Part shown: positions 52,158-64,000 of the stretch, in pieces
Layout: each line of letters begins with the position of its first letter
Numbering within the stretch: the first letter of the stretch is position 1
Origin: Octopus vulgaris
Lineage: Eukaryota
Direction: 5' to 3'
Assembly (NCBI GenBank): GCA_951406725.2
Contig: OX597820.1
Location: forward strand, 17,732,001-17,796,000
Length of the DNA: 64,000 bases
Notes under the pieces: model-generated
Told to the model about the DNA's origin: nothing
What the model saw: only the letters and a program-made list of their open reading frames with translations
The model's database searches: none
Made by a program: the position numbers and the translations under genes

Positions 52158-53072
52158 TACTTTGCGAATACGCCCTTTCCTCATACATTTTCATTGTTTC
52201 CCGCATTTAACTGCCTTAACTCCCCAATATCGAATCTACCTCGTGTGTGTTATCGATGTATTATTTTCTCAGAGATTTGTTTTAAGTTAATGGAATTTTG
52301 TTTCCTTTCAAGTATGACATCCGTGGGCAATGTAGATGGTTCAACACGATCGACAGATTCTCTCCCAGGTTTATATAAAGGCATTTTATTTTCAAATTGC
52401 TCTCGAACAGCTGGTTCAGTTTCTGCTGATAAATATTCATCTCCTAAATTTTGTTTTTGAAGTAATATCCATTTCAAGTAATGATTCCGCGTTTTCGCCT
52501 ATTTCTTACTTTCCATTCCTTTTGCATTCGCGTTCCAAACTCCTGCTTCCGCATTGCATTGATATGATTAAAACGTATGTTGGAAGTGTTAATAAAAATA
52601 AAAAATATGAAGATCAAATGGATAGCATCAACAAGGAATTATAATAAATATTTTTTTTATTTCGTGGTAACCAACAGAATAACAGGAAAAAAACGAAGAA
52701 AAGAAAAAAATTCCTTAAAAATTTTTATTTGAGAAGAATTACTACTAAAGTATGTGGCGAGAAAAACAAATGATTCCATGGTACTGGCCAAAATTTTGCG
52801 GTAATCTGAGATTCTTGTGTTTGAGACTGCAATAGTTTCTCTTTTAAACCCGCAAACAAAAGTCATTATAAACTGTGATTTTCACATATATATATATATA
52901 TACACACACAAGGGTACTACATGAGTACCTATATCGCTAATGATAGAAGTCAAAAAGTACTTCTGTACCCCCGGATAGTCACAAAACTATTACAGACAAG
53001 ATAGGAAAAAATATCAGTGAACAATAATAATGTCTTACCTCAAATGGGTCAGAACATGTAAATACTGGTCAA

Positions 53073-53130
53073 CCTGGTACCGGTTTCGAAATTTAGCGCC
53101 ACCTAGACGCGTGATTTCTCATCAGCCAAA
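53073..53130 (-). ncRNA. minimal type I hammerhead ribozyme, fully canonical core
   Basis: tttgg-CTGATGA-GAAAT...ATTTC-GAAAC-CG-GTA-ccagg; predicted cleavage between 53078 and 53077. Confidence 0.85.
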
Positions 53131-53357
53131 GTCCGCCAGCTAAATAACTACAAACATTCTCCCCCATCATGCCTGCGAAAGTTCGTTTGAAGTGACCAAG
53201 CACCGTGCGAACAAACGAAATGCGTAAAATCATTTATAAATAAATATATATAATATGTGACAATTATTCGCTCACATATATATACAAATAAATTCCTCGA
53301 TTTACATAATATCGAGCTCTATTTCATTCTTTTGTTGTCTTGCCTTATCTATCAAAT

Positions 53358-53474
<117 letters not shown>

Positions 53475-53661
53475 AGGGAAGAAATGGAGTCGAACGAAGA
53501 TTCTACAAAATTCCTTTTTATTATTTTCTACACATGTTTCAAAGGCTGCAAACCCCATGGTCGTAACCTCAACCGTGTCTTTTCTGGCGTGATTTTTGCT
53601 ACACAGGTATCGGCTAAATTTTGAATAATCCGTAACAAGATAATTCATTTATCCATTTCAT

Positions 53662-53738
<77 letters not shown>

Positions 53739-54029
53739 AATTCGGGATGGTGTTTTTGTTAAGAGAATAGACTAAACGGAACACATGCGAGGATGGAAAG
53801 TAACGCTGAAGTGGTCCAAGATGTGTGACGAAATATTTCCAGACAGTGGACATGAGTTAAACAAAGAGCAGTAATAAACGAGTGAAGAAGAAATATGCAG
53901 TGCGTGTGTTTATTTGCCAAAAAAAAAAGGAAAATGACCGTCCCGAAATACAACAATATCTGTTTCAACAAAAGATTTCACATCAGGAATCTTGCAACAC
54001 AAATTGATAGACGTATACGAGAGTCTGAT

Positions 54030-54208
54030 CAGTTGACTGTGGCCATGCTGGAGCACCGCCTTTAGTCGAAGAAATCGCCCCCAGGACTTATTCTTTGTAA
54101 GCCTAGTACTTATTCTATCAGTCCCTTTTCCCGAACCGCTAAGTTACGGGAACGTAAACACGCCAGCATCGGTATCGGTTGTCAAGCGATGTCGGGGGAC
54201 AAACACAG

Positions 54209-54275
<67 letters not shown>

Positions 54276-54440
54276 TACGACGGGCTTCTTTCAGTTTCCG
54301 TCAGCCAAATCCACTCATAAGGTTTTCGTAGGCCCGAGGCTATAGTAGAAGACACATGCCCAAGGTGTCACGCAGTGGGACGGAACCCAGAATCATGCTG
54401 TTGGTAAGCAAGCTACTTACCACACACCCATTCCTGCGCT
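54030..54440 (-). mobile_element. SINE family A
   Basis: Paralog of 55683. Confidence 0.8.
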
Positions 54441-55243
54441 TATATATACATATAAACAACTACACACACACATACACACGTATGTACACACACACACAAA
54501 CACACACATATATATGTCAATGGTAACGGAGAGAGAGGGACAGAGAGAGACAGAGAGAAACAGAGAGACTGAAAGAGATTTGGCAGCTAATATGAAAAGC
54601 TTCTCTAAACGACCATATCTTGAGTACTGTACCAAGCACATTTGAAGAAATATTTGAAAATACCTGCTAAGTGGTTATTAGAGTGAAGAAGTCTGAAGCA
54701 TGAAATACCATTTTTGTTATTCCATGAAAGTCCAATAAATTGCTTGTTAACGAAAGGCAAATATTCCATTGTGGCGCTTGACAAATTCTGAAATCTCGCT
54801 GATGAGTGTGTAATTGACTTCTTTCTTAAGTACACAGCCAATTTTTCTATGGCGAAATAATATAGAGAAATGATTCTAGCTTCATATATTTCTAATATTC
54901 ATTTCGTCGATGTTAGAAGGATGTGTAATGCAATTACGACTTCTGTTCAATTTGATTTCAGATCCATTATGAACGAAAATATGTACGGAAATGTGTTTCG
55001 TCTGACCCTCAACTTACCCCGACCATCAATACCACTTTAGGTGAATGCCTTTATACACTTTTAGATTCGTGTCCTTTTTATTTTGTTTTAATATAACGGA
55101 CTGTCGTTTCATCCCCAATCACCGATGCTGTATCGAGTCTCAAGCAAAGACTCTTAACTTCTTAATTTCATCTGTGCATACATGTTTCGATCTCCACCAG
55201 TGATTCGCTTCTCAATTCTTTTGAAAGTTCTGAAGGGTTACAC

Positions 55244-55284
55244 CTCTCTGAGGAACCTTTATAAATGGGCGAAATGCGTCCGAG
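55244..55284 (+). ncRNA. minimal hammerhead relic
   Basis: ctct-CTGAGGA-acc tttataaat gggc-GAAAT-GC-GTC-cgag. Confidence 0.6.
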
Positions 55285-55551
55285 ATTGTCTCCCCTACGA
55301 GTCAGTCAAAAAAACATGATAATAAGCTAATATTTTTTCCTTTATCCCATATATAGATATACATTCACTACTAAATATCCTTTTGAATAAATAGATACTC
55401 AAGTTTTATGCACATATAAATTACACGTATTTGTTAAAACCCCGTATAACAATGGAATGAAGTTTAAACTGTATACTTATAGGTACGTGTGTGTGAGTGT
55501 GTTTGCATCTTTGTCCGTATATGTATGCGCTTAAACAGAAAGACAGACATG

Positions 55552-55619
<68 letters not shown>

Positions 55620-55627
55620 TATGGATG

Positions 55628-55682
<55 letters not shown>

Positions 55683-55684
<2 letters not shown>

Positions 55685-56080
55685 GCGCAGGAGTGGCTGT
55701 GTGGTAAGTAGCTTGTTTACTAACCACATGGTTCCGGGTTCAGTCCCACTGCGTGGCACCTTGGGCAAGTGTCTTCTACTATAGCCTCGGGCCGACCAAA
55801 GCCTTGTGAGTGGATTTGGTAGATGGAAACTGAAAGAAGCCCGTCGTATATATGTATATATATATGTGCGTGTGTGTTTGTGTGTCTGTGTTTGTCCCCC
55901 TAGCATTGCTTGACAACCGATGCTGGTGTGTTTATGTCCCTGTCACTTAGCGGTTCGGCAAAAGAGACCGATAGAATAAGTACTGGGCTTACAAAAGAAT
56001 AAGTCCTGGGGTCGAGTTGCTCGATTAAAGGTAGTGCTCCAGCATGGCCGCAGTCAAATGACTGAAACAAGTAAAAGAGT
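55683..56080 (+). mobile_element. SINE family A, full length, within (GATA)n
   Basis: AGGCGCAGGAGTGGCTGTGTGGTAAG...GGTTCAGTCCC head, CCTTGGGCAAGT CORE-like centre, GAAACAAGTAAAAGAG tail. Confidence 0.85.
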
Positions 56081-56150
<70 letters not shown>

Positions 56151-56701
56151 CGCAGGAAATTATTCTTTCGTCGTGTTCCTTTGTGTATTCGCCATGCAAG
56201 ATAAAGACTGAGAAACGAAAGCCAGATAGAAATTCGTTGATATATGATCAGTTTAACGAACCCAACAGCAACAACTATTTAAACAATAACAACAACAACA
56301 ACAACAACAACTCTTACAAACTGCCCTTGCAACAACAACAACAGCATGAGCAAAGGCAACAACATCTATAAAAGCAACAATCGGATGATAAAAGTAAACG
56401 AATACAGAAAAAAACTTGAAGCAAATTGTCAAGAAATAAGATGCCTGTGAGGAATGTAAAACTCAATAAATAAATAAAAAGTAAACATCGCCCATCTCGG
56501 ATTATAGATTTTTATTTGAACGAAGAATTCCAACTTCCATATTTAGCGTTTATTTTCCAGCTTCAGGTTTTGGTTTCACTTAATAACGAAGGGTTGTGAG
56601 GAAATGGGAAGTTCTTAAATAAAGGCTCTCTAAGCGGTCGAGAGCCACAGTTTGTTTCGTTATTATGTATTTATCTATTTGTGCATTTTATATGCGAATA
56701 T

Positions 56702-57011
56702 GTGGAGGCGCAATGACCCAGTGGTTAGGGCAGCGGACTCGCGGTCGTAGGATCGCGGTTTCAATTCCCAGACCGGACGTTGTGAGTGTTTATTTGGCGG
56801 AAACACCTAAAGCTCCACGAGGCTCCGGCAGGGGGTGGTGGCGATCCCTGCTGTACTCTTTCACCACAACTTTCTCTCACTCTTTCTTCTGTCGGCCTGC
56901 TCGCTTAGCCAGCGGGGTGGCGTCATTTGAAGGCTAAAAAATGCGAAGCGCATTGTTACCAGCGATGTGTAGCAACATCTGATAGCCTGGTCGGTCACGG
57001 TGATCACGGTG
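56702..57011 (+). mobile_element. SINE family C with CACGGTGAT-repeat tail and 12-bp TSD
   Basis: TSD ATATGC(G/A)AATAT at 56690-56701 and 57012-57023. Confidence 0.85.
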
Positions 57012-57460
57012 ATATGCAAATATATAAATGTATGAGTCTATGCATGATTTTACGTTCTGAGTTCAAGTTCCGCCGAGGTCGACTTAGCCTTTCATCCTTT
57101 CGGGGTCGATAAATTAAGTACCAGTTACGCACTGGGGTTGATATAAACGACTTAATCCGTTTGTTTGTCCTTGTTTGTCCTCTCCGTGTTTAGCCCCTTG
57201 TGGGTAGTAAAGAAATAGGTCGACTTTGCCTTTCATCCTTTCCGAGTCGATAAATCAAGTACTAGTTGTGTACTGGGGTTGATCTAATAGACTGGTATCC
57301 TCCCCAAAAATTTCGGACCATGTGCCTAGAGTAGGAAAGTAATATAGACGAACCTGGGAGCGGTTTCGTTGGTTGATTATGCAGATGTTCTCTGAAGCAA
57401 TGGTACAAGAACTGCTACGATGGATTTCAATTTACAAGAAGTTTCTGGTTATTTTCCTAA

Positions 57461-57852
57461 TCTCTCTATATATAAAGCTGAAGTTGTCTGTGTATGGCAG
57501 GTTTGGTAGCCTTCAACTAACACTATCTTCTCCGAGACCCTGCGGCGCAATTTGACCAAAATTGAGAGTATGATAGAAGAAGGCTTGTTCTTCCTTCCGT
57601 AGAAGAAACAATTCAAATCGGACCATATTAAGACCAAACATTATTTACATCAAAAAGGTGCTTTTTTTCTATGAAAATCCCTATTTTTTACGATTTTTTG
57701 ACTGCTGTATCGCTATTTTTCGGTGTATTTCAACCAGAAAAATGTTCACTTAAATTGAATAACAAGCTACATAATGCATAATTTTTACTTTTCAAAAATT
57801 CCAATTCTAAAGGGTCGAAACAAGCCCGAGCAACGCCGGGCGATACTGCTAG
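57461..57852 (+). mobile_element. non-autonomous Helitron
   Basis: A|TC...GCCCGAGCAACGCCGGGC-GATACTG-CTAG|T. Confidence 0.85.
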
Positions 57853-58388
57853 TTATATATACAGGTAGCTTCAGCGACCATTCAACAGAAATCAATTAGG
57901 CTATATCAGTTTTAGTTGAAAGAAAAATAGCACCATTTCTAGCTTGCTATCGTTTCGTATACCTTGATTTCTTTAGTAATTATATTAAACAAACTTCCTC
58001 GGTTTTAGCTTAGAACAAAGTCACTTCCGTCGTTGCTCGCTATCGTTTAACTTATCTGAAATGTGTTTGATAATCTTATTAAACGAAGGTGTCGAAACAA
58101 AACAAGAGTTTTCCCCGTTGAACATTCGGCAGTTTACTTAATTGTACAAACCTAAGGAATAAAAAATGTTTAACCTGCTGAAACATTATATCATATGCCG
58201 AATTTAAGTACCTGATATTGGAGGGAATTTAGAAAGAGCTGGCGGCTAATAACACTCTGTTCTTTGCCGAACCGCTAACTTACGGGGACGTAAACACACC
58301 ACCATCACATCTCAAGCGATGTTGGGACATACACTAACACACACACACACAAACGCACACACACACACTCACACACACACACACACAT

Positions 58389-58440
<52 letters not shown>

Positions 58441-58443
<3 letters not shown>

Positions 58444-59390
58444 ACTCTTTTCTCTTTTATTTGTTTCAATCATTTGACTGCGGCCATGCTGGAGCACTGC
58501 CTTTAGTCGAAGAAATCGGCCCCAGGACTTATTCTTTGTAAACCTTGTACTTACTCTATCGGTCTCTTTTGCCGCTTGACAACATCGGTTGTCAAGCGAT
58601 GTTGGTGGGGACAAACACAGACACACAAACACACACACATGTGTATATATATATATATATATATATACAAAATCAGAAAATGGAGAAATACATCTAAATC
58701 ATTAATCAACTACCAGTTAATACCCAATCACATACTTTATTGAACCACTACATAAGAACATTAAGGTTAAACATAAAAATATATAACAAAACAGCGTACA
58801 TGAATGAGTAATACAATACAATAGGTACAATCATTATAAGAGGATATAAATAAATAAATATAAATAGATATAAATATAAATATACACTATATCTTACAGC
58901 TGTTTCGGCCATGCAGATAAATATGTCTCATTTTACCTATATTAGCCATGTATAGTATGTCAATATGAAGTTAAAAATGAGACATTTACAAAGATATCTT
59001 AAGGCCTCTTCGGAGATTCTAAAGTATAAACCAAATTACATATATACTCATATAAGTGTGGGTACATACCCATAATAAATAATTTACATATATATATATG
59101 AGTGCATATACTCATACTCTTATACATACACATATACATATACATAATAATACAAATAATATAAATCAATAAAATATATATATGTTCCATATTCAATGTT
59201 TTTCAACTTAATATTAAGATATTACAACGTAGAGAACATAGACATATTCATACTTCAATGCAGATATATAGAGTCAGTATTACCTTATATTAATTTACAA
59301 AAAGTCATTAATGTTAACATCAATACTGTTATCAATATCATTAATGCTACCAATATCATTGGTTGAATTTGCAACCCCTATCTCAATTTG

Positions 59391-59461
<71 letters not shown>

Positions 59462-59608
59462 GACGGGCTTCTTTCAGTTTCACTCACAAGGCTTTGGTTA
59501 GCCCGAGGCTATAGTAGAAGACATTTGCCCAAGGTGCCACGCTGTGCGACTGAACACGGAACCACGTGTTTTGCAAGTAAGCTACTTACCACACAGCCAC
59601 CCCTGCGT
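58441..59608 (-). mobile_element. SINE family A split by a ~730-bp insertion in its (TA)n
   Basis: SINE 3' part at 58441-58667 and 5' part at 59395-59608. Confidence 0.75.
58891..59017 (-). ncRNA. hammerhead relic with ~100-nt stem II
   Basis: atct-CCGAAGA-GGCC...GGCC-GAAAC-AGCT-GTA-agat; the U4->C core change is likely deleterious. Confidence 0.7.
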
Positions 59609-59664
59609 ATATATAAGATAAGTATAATTAAATGAATGATAATAAATGATAGATAAATGTCAGC

Positions 59665-59744
59665 TCATTAGAGCTGTTTCTTACGCATTTTTAATAGAAG
59701 AATAAGAACATTTCTTCATTACAAAAACCATAATCATCAGACGA
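59665..59744 (-). ncRNA. hammerhead relic with extended stem II
   Basis: tcgt-CTGATGA-TTATG...CGTAA-GAAAC-AGCT-CTA-atga. Confidence 0.6.
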
Positions 59745-60572
59745 AACATAATTTTACAAACAAAGGAATAACCCAAGAATAAAGCAGGGACATGGCTGAA
59801 GTCTGTCGAGGCTAACTATGAAATGGGAGAATGACCAACAAAGTTAGCCGTTGTGGGCATTAAGGGGTGGGGTGAGATCAAGAATATAGTTTGCGAAAGA
59901 GGGTAATATGATATTTAAGGTCAGCGATCCGCGTGAGATAGGTGTCTGCTAGACTGGTTCTTTGGCAGGCTAGAGATGGGGTGTAGTTGATATTTTAGTA
60001 TATTTTATTATAGTAGGTTTAGAGAAGTGGGTAGCTGAGAGAGGACCGAAGATAAAGTAAGGATAGAGAATAAAGAAAGAATAAGGAAAGTGAAAATGTG
60101 GAAGAAGAATAAACGCATAAATAAAGCCAGTTAGGCATAGGACCGGGGTTTAGGATTCGCTAGCTAAGGTTAAAGAACAACGGTGGGAAGGACAGAGATA
60201 CACAGAATTTAGGGGTATTCTGTTGAAATGGGTTAAATGTTGGGAGAAGGTACGAAGGCAATTGAATGATAAGTTCTAATTTTTAGGAACTGTAGTGTTA
60301 TGTGCGATTTATTTATCTGGTAAAGTGAAAAGATGTAGGGTGTTATTTTAGATACGAACATATCATAAGTGTTAGTGGAGACCGCTTGTAGCATCATTCA
60401 CTTGATTATAATACACCAAGGGGATTTAGGACTTGTAGGACACCCTAGATTATACCAACAGCGTACAATTCAACGTAATGCGTGGTTTGGACCAGCCCCT
60501 AGGCGCTAAATATTCATAGGGTTTGTTTTCTCAGGGTACACAACCGGAATATCATATTTGATACTTAGCAAC

Positions 60573-60848
60573 CATAGGTTGTGTGTCTGTGTTTGCCCCA
60601 CTCTCTTCTTCTCTCTCCCACTCTCATAGGTTGTGTATCTGTGTTTGCCCCACTCTCCTCTCTCCCACTCTCATAGGCTGTGTATCTGTGTTTGCCCCAC
60701 TCTCTTCTCTCTCCCACTCTCATAGGCTGTGTATCTGTGTTTGCCCCACTCTCTTCTTCTCTCCCACTCTCATAGGCTGTGTATCTGTGTTTGCCCCACT
60801 CTCTTCTTCTCTCTCCCACTCTCATAGGTTGTGTATCTGTGTTTGTCC
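60573..60848. repeat. minisatellite, ~5.5 copies of 47-52 bp
   Basis: cataggctgtgtatctgtgtttgccccactctc(CT)n cccactct units at 60573, 60625, 60672, 60721, 60771 and 60823. Confidence 0.95.
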
Positions 60849-61139
60849 CTTCTTTCACCATCGCAGTAAGCTATAGTAGTACTACAGAGTAACATTTATT
60901 TTGTCACTGTAAAGTGCCAGTCCTCGTTAGGCTACAAAAAGGTAGTAACATCGTCGTAACCAGGACTGCCACTTTACGGTGGCAAACAGATTTTACTCTG
61001 TAGTACTCTTACCACTTATTTCTCGTTCAGAGATTTAAAGCTAATGGTTTCCTCTTTACGAGATCAGTGACTGAGTGTCACTTTAAAAGTATATACCTCG
61101 AACAAAGCCTAGTGCTGCCATCTCTAGCCACCGGTTATG

Positions 61140-61182
61140 CTGTGCCGATGAAGTGAAATAATCCAGAAACCATGGTCCACAG
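61140..61182 (+). ncRNA. hammerhead relic
   Basis: ctgtg-CCGATGA-agtgaaataatcca-GAAAC-CATG-GTC-cacag; perfect stems I and III, decayed stem II. Confidence 0.55.
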
Positions 61183-61349
61183 GTACTGTTTAAGGCTGAG
61201 TGGGGACATTATCTCCCTTGCTCGAGGTATAAGGACGCGGCTGTACGTCAGTAACCAGCTGGAAAAGACGTTTTCCTGAGGCTAAAGAAAAACAGGGTAG
61301 TAACATCGTCCTAACCAGGACTGCCACTTTTCGGTAGCAAATAGATTAT

Positions 61350-63123
<1,774 letters not shown>

Positions 63124-63124
63124 A

Positions 63125-63527
63125 TAGGCGCAGGAGTGGCTGTGTGGTAAGTAGCTTGCTAACCAACCACATGGTTCCGGGTTCAGTCCCACTGCGTGGT
63201 ATCTTGGGCAAGTGTTTCTGCTATAGCCCCGGGCCGACCAATGCCTTGTGAGTGGATTTGGTAGACGGAAACTGAAAGAAGCCTGTCGTATATATGTATA
63301 TATATATATGTGTGTGTGTGTATGTTTGTGTGTCTGTGTTTGTCCCCCTAGCATTGCTTGACAACTGATGCTGGTGTGTTTACGTCCCCGTCACCTAGCG
63401 GGTCGGCAAAAGAGACCGATAGAATAAGTACTGGGCTTACAAAGAATAAGTCCCGGGGTCGATTTGTTCGACTAAAGGCGGTGCTCCAGCATGGCCGCAG
63501 TCAAATGACTGAAACAAGTAAAAGAGT
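63125..63527 (+). mobile_element. SINE family A, full length
   Basis: Paralog of 55683. Confidence 0.85.
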
Positions 63528-64000
63528 ATACATATTCATGTGTGTATGTGTGTAATATGCTTGCATGTGTGTGTGTATATGTGTGTATAATTATTTTTCG
63601 GACTGAGTGTATAATTTTGTTTAGAAAGGTCAGTCTTCCGTTATTCTACATAAATATATGAATAAACACCAGAATATTTAATAAATCAAATTAGTGAATT
63701 CATTGACCTTCTACGAATTTATTTTAACAATTTCAATGTGAAAATTTTTCCATATAAACTAACGAATAGCTTCACACATATGTGTGTGTGTGTATATGTG
63801 TACACACACATACGCCCACACACACGCACACACACACATATATACGGGCTGTCCATAAATTATCTTTACAACTTTCATACTTTTAAATTCAATATTGTAA
63901 AGAAACTTTATGGACATGCTATATACTCTTTTTACTCTTTTTTACTTGTTTCAGTCATTTGACTGCGGCCATGCTGGAGCACCGCCTTCAGTCGAGCAAA

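Noticed and set aside
52250-52477. 75-aa natural-looking ORF
   Set aside because: No recognisable domain, neighbouring frames are blocked by stops, and there is no clear splice structure.

Overview
AT-rich, microsatellite-dense animal genomic DNA. The SINE families suggest an octopod cephalopod, which is an inference. I found no supportable host protein-coding gene. Positions 1-21.2 kb hold a tandem cluster of tRNA-Gly(TCC) genes: 22 full-length minus-strand copies, 1 copy cut by the window edge and 2 deletion remnants. One more copy sits in an inverted cassette at 24.4 kb. The cluster is built from about 5 recurring unit types that carry SINE pieces, a telomere-repeat-bearing MITE and a mariner transposase fragment. 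Each tRNA has a fixed-length (19 nt) but hypervariable 5' spacer between conserved sequences. Positions 22-64 kb are a transposon graveyard: Nin-domain-like SINEs in ~183-bp tandem arrays, CORE-like SINEs, a SINE head joined to four different tails, R4/Dong-like LINE fragments in (TAA)n, a Penelope-like RT/GIY-YIG fragment, two non-autonomous Helitrons and Tc1/mariner relics. It also holds about a dozen hammerhead-ribozyme motifs, two with intact cores. Most of these lie in short, often fold-back elements nested in (TA)n microsatellites.
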